Assembly: GCF_006345805.1 (NCBI RefSeq)
Contig: NC_042997.1
Coordinates: 164,610,001 to 164,674,000, forward strand
Direction of reading: 5' to 3'
Source: Octopus sinensis
Lineage: Eukaryota
Length of the DNA stretch: 64,000 nucleotides
The notes under the pieces were generated by a model, which ran no database searches, was not told where the DNA came from, and was given only the letters and a program-made list of their open reading frames with translations. Position numbers and translations under genes: made by a program. Positions 12,271-25,411 of the stretch are shown in pieces. Positions within the stretch are counted from its first letter, which is position 1. The number at the start of each line of letters is the position of its first letter.

Positions 12271-15200
12271 ATATAAAATATACTAAACACAGTATCATTG
12301 TAAATACTGTTATACCATTATATCCTATCTATATTTATGTGTAGTGAAAATCCGAGCTCACCTTATTCATACTATTGTCATCCTTTTGATGCAAACTGAA
12401 TGAAAGAAGTGTATTGTTTTTTTATATATAACATGCAGTTGTTATATAATCAAATATTGTTACATACAAAATGAAAGTGAAGTGAAGCAAACCAATGTAT
12501 TGATATTTAATAGCAATGAAATCTTAACATCACTTATGTTGAAAAGAAAAATAATTAGAAACAATATAATTGTATATATGAATAATATATTTACTGTTAT
12601 TAAAGCAATAAGCATACCTATACTATTGTGCCACCTTGACTTTTTTTCATAGAATTTCAGTAAATTCACATGAGTCAGCTTTGTTTCCTCATAAGTTTTG
12701 GAAAAAATGGGTGTTTTTGAATGAAATATTCCACAAATGCTTTTATAAGTGTGTAAATTGCGATTATATAAGAATTTGATATGAAAAGAAAAATAGTAAG
12801 CATCCATATATGCATACTGACACACATCACAATTTTTTTCAGAAATTTCAAGTTTCATTTTGTAGATATATATGATCTGTGTCAGTATACATGTGTGTGA
12901 AACCACCAATTCTTTTTTTTCACATTAGGTTGTAATGTAATCATAATCTACACACTCTGAAAGTTCTTTGTATCAAATTTCATCGAAAAATATTCATTTT
13001 TCTGAAAGCTTTGTCGAAACAAATCCTACTCATGCGAATTTTCTGAAACTCTTTTCTTTAGCATGGGCTGGAGGGGACAGGTTTGCAATACAACATCTCT
13101 ATATATTTTCACTATAATCCAATGAGGGAACCTCTGTGTAGTTGCTTGATCGGCTTGGAGTAGTAGCCAACTCTTCTCCAACTTTCCTATTACAGCAATT
13201 TTCAAGAATCTTAGATCCATGGTTTACTGAATAAGATCCTAAAAATGTTATGGCACACCATCATCCTTTTCAAAGTTACTCATATACATAGATATAGCAA
13301 ACACATTGTCAGACAATTGATAAAGAAATAAGTATTTCTTTATTGATTGTCTGCTCCATGTTTGCCCAATAAGCTGTACCTAGTTGTTATACCTGTCTCT
13401 TGACATCATGTGCTACCAAATACAGAAGCATATGTAACAAATGGAATAAAAGAATACCAAATTATACCCATGTTTCTTTCTCTTATCACCATATTTGTAT
13501 TACGTCATAGCTTACCAATGGATACAAACAACCTGTGTATACAAGTGATGGTGAGAATTTAATGTGATTAACATTCGAGCTGAAACCTATGCGGTTTAAT
13601 TATTGCATATCAAATGTGTCTAATTGTATCTATATACATATAAGTATGAAAATTGTTTCAAAGCATAAGTCTGCATACGCATTACTTTTTGTTGCAAAGA
13701 AATACCTATGTATATGTACTGGTGCAGTGTATAAAAAACACTCAAGTTACCTAAATATCTTGTCATTTGCTAACTTACTTAAAAAAGCTTGCAACACGTC
13801 TATATACTGCTACATAAAACACACTTGTGCACTGTTACAAGAAGTAAAGATGCCTGGAGTATTGCTTTTATAAAAAAAAAAAAAACGAGGCACACATTCG
13901 ATAATGTCTACTATATCTGAGAAAAAAAACAGAATTGATGATCGGAGCTAGAATGTCTCTCACTAGGTTTACTCATTCAGGGTTAACCTTGAGTTACAAC
14001 ATCATCAGCAGCAGCAACAACATTTATAGCAACAGCAGCAATAAAAACAACTTGACTGCACATCATTTCATTTACCAAAATTCAGTGTTCTTGAATCTGA
14101 CCTACTTCTTCCTAAATCAACACTCAGCAGTTCTCTATAATAACAATTTATGCTAGATGAAAAAATATTTGCATGATATAGAAATGAAATTATCTCTGCA
14201 TATAAAAAGTAGACTATATATATATATATATAAATGAATGAATAAATGTATGTATGTATGTATGTATGTATGTTGTATGTATGTATGTATGTATGTTAGG
14301 TCCAAGCATTAATTGTGTAAATACAGGATTAAAAACTAGTGGAATGACTTCTATAACTCTGGGAATAAACTACATGGGTGTATGAACTGCTGAAAATATA
14401 AAATAAATATATAGTATGTAATATTACTATGTAAAGTATTGAGTCGGTTTGAAATGCAGCAATCAGAAGACGAAGGTAAACTGAAAGCATCTGTGCTATT
14501 GAATTATAGTTGAGAGAGAATGGTAGGATTTGGGTGAGAGAATGTCACAGTTTTATAATGGTTTATAATGGAAATTAAGTAGAGAGATGAAAGAAATGCT
14601 GAAATAAGGTGGTTTTGTTGGCATACAAGAACTATGGTCATATGAAAAATTGATGAACATATTGCCCTTGTTAACGCATTGAGGAAAATGTTTAGCAGCA
14701 TTTCTTCCAGTTTTTTGTTCTGTTAAGCAGTGGGGCCAATGTAATCGACTTGCTCCCTCCTCTGATATTACTGGCATTGTGCCAAAATTTGAAATTGTCG
14801 TCAACATCATCGTCATCATCATCATCACTACCACCACCACCACCACCAACAACAACAACAGCAGCAGTAGTAGTAGTAGTAGTAGCAGCAGCAAGGTGGT
14901 GAGCTGGCAGAATTGTTAGCAAGCAGGAAAAAGTGCTTACTGGCTCTACATTCTGAGTCTAAATACCCCCAATGTCAAATTTACGATTCATCCTTTTTGG
15001 GTCAATAAAATAAAGTGCTTTTCAAGTATAGGGGTTAATGTGATCAACTTACTCCTCTCCTAAAATTTCTGGCTTTGTGCCAAAATCAGAAAGAGTTATC
15101 ATTATATTATCATTACTACTTCGGTTGATAGTATCAACTAGTGATCGACCCCTAAAAATTTTTGATTGTAACTAAATTAGAAACAATTATTTAAGAGTGG

Positions 15201-16702
15201 TAGATTAGCAGAATCATGAGATTTTCAGATAACATGCTTTGTAGAATTTTTTCTGGCTTTTTATATTCCAAGTTCAAATCCTGCCTAAGTCAACCTTGTT
15301 TCTAAACTTTTAGAATTCACAAAATAATGCACCTATCAAATATTGAAGTCAATGTAATTGACATAGCTCCCTACCTATCGACATTGGTGGCCTTTTGCCT
15401 TTATTAGAAGCAATTATCATTATTAGGATGATGAGGAATTTTAAAATAAGAGGAAAGATAATTGTAAAAGAAAAAAACAAAAATGCTTATATTAAATAGC
15501 AATTATGAATTGTCTGTAATTTAATCTAAGACATTACTAATAAACAGTAAAATGTTAAAAACATAAGTTTGCTTTAAATTAAGTAGTAACGTGAATTGCT
15601 CATTAATGAAGCAAACAAAAATAAGGAAAACATTAGCGTAGCTAACAAAATAACTACAAAATAATAAAGTATGATAGAAATGCAATTTCACAACTAATTA
15701 AATATTAAAATATAATTTCAGGCGTTATGAAAATAATGATGCTGTTTAAAAGTACCTCATGACCTAGATTTTTATATTTTGGAGTACAACAGTATAAAAC
15801 CAAGCACAAAAATTTTGTTTTACATTGGGAACAAATTGTCTTCTAGCAGAAGATTGGTTGGTTCATTTGAGTGGCAGACAAGAGGTTTGCCTTCTGAGAT
15901 TAACTTGAGCCATTTTTCCAGGGTTTTAAAGTAAAGTACCAGTCAGGGTGGTGAACTGGCAGAATCATTAGAGCACTAGAGAAGATTCCCTGTGGTATTT
16001 GTTTGAGTTCTTTGCATTCTGAGTTCAAATCCCAACATGGCCTGTTTAAGTGATAAAATTAATTGATCACTTGGTTCAAATCCTCACTATAGCAAGAATT
16101 CAGTCCAGATCTTCAGTCTGAGGACATCTTGCTTCCGCTAGAAGCATAAGGACATGGGCACAGTCTTTCTGCCAGACAATCTTTTATTGTTTATTGTTTA
16201 ACTTTTTTTCAAGTCATTGAACTATGGTCATGCTAGAGTACCATCTTGAAAAGTTTTAGTCAAGCAAATTGCTGCCAGTGCTATTATTTTTTTAATTAAA
16301 TCTGACACTTATTGTCATCATTATCATCATCATCATCATTTAATGTCCATTTTCCATGCTGGCATGGGTTGGATTGTTTGACATGATTTGGCCATCTGGA
16401 GAGCTGTCTAGACTCCAGTTGTCTATCGTGACATGGTTTCTATGGCCAGATGCCCTTTCTAATGTTAACCATTTTACAGAGTGAGCTGGGTGCTTTTTAC
16501 ATGTCACCAGCACATTATTTAATGTGGTAAACTATACCAGAAAAATAAAATTATTCTATCAGCTTCTTTCGTTGAACTGCTAAGCGACAAGGATGTAATG
16601 AAACCAACACCATTCATTGTGCAGTGGGGTCAGACACAAACACAAAACCACTCACACATAGATACACATAAATGCACACAAACACACAACAAACATAAGC
16701 AC

Positions 16703-16743
<41 letters not shown>

Positions 16744-17212
16744 TGGGATTCTTTTAGTTTTCATCTACCAAATCTACTCACAAGGCTTTGGTTATCCTGG
16801 GGTTACAGTAGAAGACACTTGCCCACGATGTGACTGAATCTACTTACTTACAGCTATAAAGATAGTAAAAAGAGTTACTTTGAATATTATTTGTTAGTGT
16901 TAAGTAACCTTCTTCAGTTCTTGTGGAAATAGTTATTAAAGTACTTTGGAGCTATCCATATATCAAGCATGCAAGGAAAGAGGAGGTCTCCATTATTACC
17001 TAGAGAACCAACAAAGAAGCTTCTTTGTGGTTGATCAATTCTCTAGAAATAGTTATCATATCTCCTTCAAAGCACTGTCTGCTGCCTTAGAAGTAAGGGA
17101 AAAGACACATTAGATAATGTAGTCTGGGGTAAACTATACTAGAAAAGTTAAATTACAGAATGGCTAAGGCTGAATGTTTTTAGTCACAGCTTTGCTGAGG
17201 TGGTGGTAGTGG

Positions 17213-17343
17213 TGAAGAAGAAAAAGAAGAAGAAGAAGAAGAAGAAGAAGAAGAAGAAGAAGAAGAAGGAGGAGGAGATGAAGATGAAGAAGAAGAAGAA
17301 GAAGAAGAAGAAGAAGAACAACAACAACAACAACAACAACAAC
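17213..17343. repeat. Compound trinucleotide microsatellite (GAA)n-(GAG)n-(GAT)-(GAA)n-(AAC)n
   Basis: Read directly from the sequence; it produces the spurious poly-K ORF 17200-17403. Confidence 0.95.
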
Positions 17344-18288
17344 AAAGCTATTCCCTCTATTTCTCTTTATATATTGATTATTTTTGTCTTGTCAATTAAG
17401 TAGAATAACTTTGCTGAAGAGGTCTAACAAGACAGAAAACTGCCTATTACTTTTTAATAGTTAGCGTTGGAGTTAATCCCCTTTCTTGTTGCTTTTAGAT
17501 TCTAAAACCTATGAAGGAGTGTTTGCTCCTAATTGCTCAGATGATTGAAGTTTTTTAACTCATTATGTTACATATATGTGACCTTTTCATAATCAGCAAT
17601 TTATTAATCTTTAAGACAAAAAAAAGAAAACAATAAATGATATGTAGTATATTAACTGAAATTTCTGTTTCTATTTTGAGTTGTTTAAATAATAGAAGGA
17701 AATAGAAAATAGTAAGAGATTCAACTAAATAATGACATAATGAACATGAGATTCCAGATATAAATTTAGAGGCTTCTTTCCCAAGAAAATGTCAAATATG
17801 TCGAAGAAGAATAAATGTTAAACAATTGCTTATACAGTAAATAATTAACAAATTACATACATTTATATAACAGCAGATAAGAAATAGAATGATATGTTTT
17901 GCGAACACTTACAAAGATCTTGCAATCATTTGTATGAAATCGTGTAGTTTCTTACCTGGAAAATAATAGAAAAAGAAATTACTCATAAAAATCAAGATTT
18001 TTTAATATATATATATATATATATGAAGAATTATTTAATATCTGTTTAAAGTAAACATTTTTGTATTTGGTTGTTAAATCTAAAAACCAATATTTGTTAT
18101 TATAAAAGATATATATTATCAAAAAAAAAAAATGAATATTTGTTTTGAAAAAATATTTATTATTGAAAAAAAAAACATGCTGAAATTGTTGTAATCAGCT
18201 ACTGCATCTGCCATCTTTTAACAAGAAATACTTCTCATCTTTTTTTTCATAGATTTTATTTTTTCTAGTAATATTTTCTCTTTTTCAG

Positions 18289-18475
18289 AATTCAAAGAAT
18301 TGTGAAAAGAGAAAATACTACTGGATTTTCAGATATTCCTTTTCTTACTTTACATTACTTACAAGATAAAACGGTTGAAATTTTTAAATATAATTTCTTA
18401 GAGGGTAATTATGGAGATTCTAAACAAATCTGCAATTTTCTGAGTCATCAAAATGCCAGCTTGCCAGTAAAAAAG
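18289..18475 (+). CDS. Probable internal coding exon (187 bp) of an unidentified gene
   Basis: Long pyrimidine tract ending ttttctctttttcag|, open for 62 codons (IQRIVKRENTTGFSDIPFLTLHYLQDKTVEIFKYNFLEGNYGDSKQICNFLSHQNASLPVKK), donor AAG|gttagc. Unique, non-repeat sequence. Confidence 0.55.
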
Positions 18476-19361
18476 GTTAGCTGTTCATTTTAGATCACTG
18501 ACAATTTACTATTCACGAGGGAGTCTTTATGTGGTTGCTTGACTTGTGTTAGAAATAGCAGCCAAATCTCTCCCAAAACACATTCCATTGTCTTAAACAC
18601 ACACAAACATTTAAGATTACATTATTGAGTGTGTCTTTCTTTAGATATATGTGTGTGTAGTTTTTGCTTTTTGTTCTTTCATCATCTACATATAAAACTG
18701 ACTTGGAGCTAACAACTTTGACTCTTACTGCTCTAATTAGATACGTTGGAAACAAGTACCAAGAAGAGGTGAAGCATAATGTTTAATTCAGTGCTAACAA
18801 ATATGTGTGAATTAGATAATGAGATTCTAAATACACTATATCTGAAAAACAAATGGAATGGGCATGAGTGGAATGCTTTTGATCATAGCCCTACTTGATC
18901 AGGACTAGGTTGGAGGTTTGGAATAGCAACATGTCTAATCCATTTACTCTATGAATAAACCTCTGACATTTTTCAAACACCTTATTTACTACTTGTGGAA
19001 TGGATTAAGAAGAAATGCATGAATATATCTAGAAACAGTGATAAAGCATTTTAAGTATAGTTTTACAGCAGAAATTATGAGGATGACAGGGATGAGGTGA
19101 ACTGGAAGTATAAGGTCTCTTAAATGGCTGAGGGGGCTTACCGGAAGGAGAGGACTGAGGAAGTTCATGTGTGCAGAAACAAGACTAGAGTGGGTCCTTT
19201 TTCACCTTGGGGTTGTCATATGAGATGAATATGTGTGTAGCTGCATTGAGTAGAGGGAGTTTGCTGCTAGGTTCTAACCAGAGGTTAGGCAGGTAGGGCA
19301 CCTTCGGATAAAATTTGGCTGGAAAAGTTTGATGCTCTTTTCTTCCCCATGCAACAGAAAG

Positions 19362-19441
19362 GAAGACAGCAAATTGACAGAATTACTAGTGTGTCTGCTA
19401 GAACATCGTGTATGGCTTGTTCCTGGCTCTCTACCCTCTGA
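19362..19441 (+). CDS. Candidate coding exon
   Basis: Pyrimidine tract ctcttttcttccccatgcaacagaaag, reads EDSKLTELLVCLLEHRVWLVPGSLPS, donor GA|gtatga. It stays in frame with the 18289 exon only if the second AG (19360-61) is used. Confidence 0.3.
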
Positions 19442-19560
19442 GTATGAATCCTGCCACAGTCAAACTTTGTTGTTTGTCCTTTTTGGGTTTGGAATGAAAC
19501 AGCTTGGTACAGCTCACTGAACATTCAACCTGTTTTGATGACAGTATATTCTAGCACTGG

Positions 19561-19598
<38 letters not shown>

Positions 19599-19777
19599 GG
19601 CTTCTTCCAGTTTCTGTTTATCAAATCTACTCACAAAGTTTTGGTTGTCCCAAGGTTAGACTAGAAGACATTCGTCCAAGGTAGGGTGCAGTGGGACTGA
19701 ACTTAAGAGCACATTGTTGAGAAGCAACTTCAGATTTCAAAGATTCCATACATTTTCATTAAGAATTAATATTATTT

Positions 19778-20194
19778 TGTAACGTGAAAGGATCTATCAT
19801 CGAAGCACTGGAAGGGTGTCGAGATCCTTTCTAGTCACATACAAAATTCTTGCAGAAAACAAACAGACGAAACTCAGGTTAAAGGTGAACAGACAACTTG
19901 GTTTATTGATTCATGGTTGTACGTTGTCTGATGGGGGAATAGACAGCCTCTGATATACTGCTGGTGTTGGTCGTTGAGGTTGGTTGAAGTTGGTTGAAGC
20001 TGGTGTGTGGCTGTCAGAGCCAGGAAAACCGTGACCGATCGCAGTGCTGTCTTGAGCCGAAGAGAGAGATTTGAGGTTCGCGGGCTCGAGAGATGTTTTC
20101 CCGCACATGCGCATGGGGAAGACTTCCGGTGGCCACCCGGAAGTAGTCCCATTCTGCGCATGTGCGCCGAACCCTACACAGTAGCATCACTACA
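19778..20194 (-). mobile_element. Solo LTR (Gypsy/Ty3-like), young
   Basis: TG...CA termini (tgtaac...actaca), 4-bp TSD ATTT (19774-77 and 20195-98), AATAAA on the minus strand at 19902-07, and CpG-rich against CpG-poor flanks. Confidence 0.8.
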
Positions 20195-23100
20195 ATTTTA
20201 ACCTCTTTAAGATTACATTTCTTATGAAATACTCTTCTTGTATTTCAGTTAATTTAAGAAATATTAAATAATTTGTTGGAAATTTCATAAAATTACTAAA
20301 TTTTGCATTGATGTTATGAACATTTTCAAGGTAATGCCCAAACATGGCTGCAGTCTAATGACTGAAATCAGTCAAAAATATTTTAACAGATGATTCTTAA
20401 GAGAATTATTATGAGGAAGGCTTTAAATTATATATAAATATTTTAAACCAGGTGGTTTTGTATCAAAGTACCTGATGCTGTCTAAAGTAGGTTGGTATCA
20501 GAAAGATTAAAATAGAATCCAATAAGCTTGTAGGGAATTTTGTTTTAACAGCAAATTAACAAAAAAAATGAGAAGAGAAAACATAGAATGAGTGAGATGG
20601 GGTAGACAGAGAAGGCAAAAAGAGAGTAGTGGATAGGGAGAGAGAATGTATAAGTTAAGATAAATAGAGAGAGGGGAGAGAGAGTGTGTGGAAGATTGGT
20701 GAAAGACAGAGAGAGAGATGGGGGAGATAAAGTAAATGAGAAAAAGAAAAAGATGAAGGAAAATTAAAAGAGGGAAAGAATGAGTGTGTGAAAAGAAGGA
20801 GTTGAAGCAAAAGAGGAAAAGCAAATATAATAGTTTTGTTTAGGTTATAAGAAAAATATGTCTATATTGTGTTTAGTAATTTATTCCATTTCAATAACCT
20901 TTAGGATTTGCTCTTCATCTTAACTGTGGCTCTGTGATTCTTAAACATTACTAAATCATGTCATCATATTTTAACAATAACAGAGAAACCTGTTTTGCTG
21001 CCACCTTCATAATATGTGAACAATACTGAATGAAATAGCTAAATCACTGTCCATTTCACAACCTTTGGTCAAATGTCTTGTTTGTTTAGAACACTTTACA
21101 CATCTCACAATAATGAGAGTTATAGTACCAGAGAAGCATGATGGAATTTCATTTGAGATCAAACAGACAGCAAAGATTTAAAGTTAATTAATGTGGAACC
21201 TTCACTAAGAAGCTCTCTATCTTTGCTGTCTTATGAACGGAATAGATAAATTTCTAGCCTTTTCTATTTGTGTTTTTGTATTACAATTGTAAAACCTGTT
21301 CCTTCTTTGAAAACGAGATTTTGATTATGTAGAATATACAAGATGAAGTCCCTCACCTATTTAGGAGGGCAATAACCTCAAAGAAGAGCTATCCCAGATT
21401 TTGATGATTAAGAGGATGGATGGATGGATGGATGGATGGGTGATGATGGTGGTGATGACAAGGATGATGATGATGATGATGATGTTAACAATGATGATCT
21501 TGATGACTGATTTTCAATGTCCAATAAAAATTATGTCTGTAAAAATAGATCATTTGATGTCAATACAAGGAGACATCAAATTCTTGCACACACAAATATC
21601 CACAACCAACATATGCATACATACACACATATGCAATGGGTTTCTTTCAGCTTCTATCTACCATATCCATTCACAAGATTTTGGTTAGCCTGAGGCTATA
21701 GTAGAAGACATTTTGCCTAAGGTTGCCATGTATTTAGGAACTAAACTTCTGAACCATGCAGCCATGCCTATAGTAATAACTATTTATTGAATATTGAAAT
21801 AACTAAACGGTCTGGAAGTGGTTGGTATTACACAAAGAACCCTCTATGAAATCATAGTCTTTAGTTAATTCTTCATTTTCAAACCTCTGTTTCTTAAGAA
21901 AATATTTCCTATTTCTGAAGCATCTTAAAACCTAATTATATTTAATGGCAACTGTATAACCCTTATATAGAGGTTACCAGATACCTTGCAGTTAAAATAC
22001 ACATGTAGTCACACACCATCACTAACACATATGCATACAATGTGCTACAACAAGCTACCACAGTATCCTCAAAATTACTTTTCAGAAATATCTGTCATTG
22101 AAATTAGAAATGCACTTTAGCCCTTAAGCATAATTTAGTTTTAAGATGCTTCAGAAAGGACATAATACAATCATTGTTGTTTGCAAATGTACAGGAAACA
22201 TGTTGTAAGGACTTAAGAACAGAAAACAAAACATGTTACAACAGTTTTACTTCAGGTAGCTTATCTATAAAAGAGAAGACAAGAAAGGTTACAGGCATCT
22301 AGAATAATAATAATAATAATAGTTACTGGAGACATAGGAATAATCCTTTTGAGCAGTAGTCATGGTAACAACAACCGCATTATTAGTGGTAAAAGTTAAG
22401 CTAGCTAACTTATTCTAGCAACACATTTGCATGTCAGTGAAATAAATCTTAAGAAAAAGCTTATCTTACTAAAAAATAAATAAATAAATACATAAATAAA
22501 TAAAAATAAAAAAAATAACAAAAATAAAAAGAAGAAAAATATTTAAAAGTACTGCTAGACCTACTTTGAAATTGAAGTCTAAATTTTACTGAAGAGCATT
22601 GCTGGAGTATGTATGCACACACGCACACACATACACATGTATATATACATATATAGACAGATAGAATTATACATCTATACATACACATGTACATGTATAC
22701 ATACATGTACATGTACACACACACATTCAAATATATATATTTTTACATATATATACACACACATATACATTTATATATATATATATATATATGTGCACAC
22801 ATACACACAGACATATATACGAGAAGTTAGTGGTGTAAAAGTTACCCTGCTGAGTAAATTGGTGAATGTTTGAGATATTTAGCATAGTATTGCACTCTGA
22901 ATACTGCTTTCCAGGCAATTCCTTATGAATAGAAATATATAAAAAAAAATTCTACACAATAAATAATAAAAAAATACTAACTACACACACATATATGCAC
23001 ACACATACAAACACATGTACATGTATGCACAGAAAATACAAAACAAACATTCATGAGTTACTACTATGCATTAACCATCTCACCCAGCTACCTATAATTT

Positions 23101-23323
23101 CTTCTAGTACAGAAATGGCCTTATGCTGTTAGCTTTTTACCTTTCACTCCTTCCATTTACAAACCCATAAATAAATATATGAGCAAATAAATAAAAGCAA
23201 AGGCAAATAAGCACCCCCATTATGATATTACATAAAGAAATCACTGACTTCCTCTTGTAGTTTTAGTTTTCTTAGGTATTCAATTGTCTGCAGCAGTCTA
23301 GATTGTATTTATGATGTGGTAAT

Positions 23324-23423
23324 NNNNNNNNNNNNNNNNNNNNNNNNNNNNNNNNNNNNNNNNNNNNNNNNNNNNNNNNNNNNNNNNNNNNNNNNNNNNN
23401 NNNNNNNNNNNNNNNNNNNNNNN
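23324..23423. other. Assembly gap (100 N)
   Basis: Run of N that abuts a modular repeat copy. Confidence 1.
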
Positions 23424-23841
23424 CAAGTATGATCGTTACCAGCGTTGCCTTACTGGCACTTATGCCTGTGCTAGTAGGGTGCCAAGAACACCATCCGAGC
23501 GTGATCGTTGCCAGAGTAGTCAACTGGCTTCCGTACCCGTGGCACGTAAAAGGGCACCATTTGAGCGTGATCATTACCAATGTCGCTTCACTGTAAAAAG
23601 TTTTAAGCAAGGTCATTGCCAGTACCGCCTGACTGGCCCCCGTGCTGGTGGCACATAAAAATAACCCTCTACACTCTCAGAGTGGTTGGTGTTAGGAAGG
23701 GCATCCAGCTGTAGAAACTCTGCCAGATCAAGACTGGAGCCTGGTGCAGCCATTTGGTTGCCAGCCCTCAGTCAAAATCGTCCAACCCATGCTAGCATGG
23801 AAAACGGACGTTAAACGATGATGATGATGATGATGATGATG
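23424..23841 (+). mobile_element. Modular SINE-like repeat with RTE-type (GAT)n tail (family C here)
   Basis: Roughly 65-bp modules followed by the conserved ...aggaagggcatccagctgtagaaac...ccaacccatgctagcatggaaa...ttaaacgatgatgat tail. Other copies near 27.2, 30.4, 33.5, 36.0, 44.3, 47.5, 48.6, 49.1 and 52.2 kb. Confidence 0.8.
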
Positions 23842-23938
23842 CATTGCAGTATTTTGAGGTATGCCATCATATTTGAAACGTATGTTGCTGATTAAAACAT
23901 GAATAAATCTCCATTCTTTTCTCTCTCATTATTTTTCT

Positions 23939-23969
<31 letters not shown>

Positions 23970-24691
23970 ACGGGAAGGTTTACGAAAATAAACAAAAGAC
24001 GAAGGCAGGTGGAGTACAAACAAACAATGTAAGGCTCGGTTGACCATTTTAAGAAATTTGCTTCATAACCACATGGTTCCGTATTCAATCCCATTGAACA
24101 TTACAATGAACAAGTGACTACTTGACAATCACCATAACTTCAGCTGACAAATACATTTGTGGAATTTGAATTGACATAAATTTCTCTCTCTCCTTTCTCT
24201 CTCTGTATTAGTATAACGCTGCTCCGGGAAGTGAAAAAGCCTTGAACATTTCGAGCCTACGTTCTTCCACAGAAAGGAACACAGAAAGAAACAAGGAGAG
24301 ATAATAAAGAGAGAAAAAATATATATACATATACATACACACACACAAACACACATATATATATATATATGCTATACTTCATTTTTACTTATATCCTGTG
24401 ACTTATTATTACTTAGAGACATTTAATATTGTTCTCTATTTGGGCTAAAGGCCAGTAGCTAATTGAGCGGGTGAAATGAACTGTGGATATAGTGATCACA
24501 ATGTGTTGTGTATTTTTGATGTATAATCAAGTAGTTTATAAGATGTCACTTTAATATAGGTAACATTTGTAAAAGAGATATCAGAGACAATAGTGAAATA
24601 GAGTAGTTATTTGGCATCTCCTGTTTCTGAATTCAAAAGCTATTGTAGTTATCTCATATTTACTCTGTGCTTATTTATTTATCTTTTCCTG

Positions 24692-24847
<156 letters not shown>

Positions 24848-25374
24848 TGAAATAGAGGTGTTAGTGCTTGAAGTTAAGAAAGAATTTCCAAACTCTAACT
24901 ATTCTGACAGTGCTGTATCGTATAACCCAAAAGGTTAAGATATTGGCATATTGGCAACCTCAGAACATAAAATAGGTGTCTGAAATGAAGTCATATCATT
25001 TCGCCCTGATCCAGATCTATGATCAATGTTTACCCTGCCATGAGCACTCCTTCCTTCACTTGGACATTGCACATCCAAGATTTACATTATCTACCGTGTG
25101 TTACCCTTTCAAGGCACTAGGTGGATTTTAGTCAGCTTTAACATTTGTGGAAACTGCCACAATTTCATATTCCCTTATAAAGTTAAGTCATTTTCCTCTT
25201 ATCTCTAAACCCCCCCCCCCAAAAAAAAACCCCTCAATATTTATTTCAGTTTCTTTCAGTTGTTGTTGTTGTTGTTTAGCTCCAGATCAGTCCCGATTAA
25301 GCATATCTATTATCAAATGGGTTCCAATTATGTGCTTTATTATTCAGTATATGACAAAGAAACAAAAAAATGTC

Positions 25375-25411
<37 letters not shown>

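Noticed and set aside
12460-12909. 149-aa minus-strand ORF
   Set aside because: Starts at GTG in extremely AT-rich, repeat-like sequence with no motifs or convincing splice sites.
18289-18475. Faint resemblance of the exon peptide to the fukutin stem region
   Set aside because: Only scattered residues match from memory, and no LicD/nucleotidyltransferase exon was found, so no symbol was assigned.
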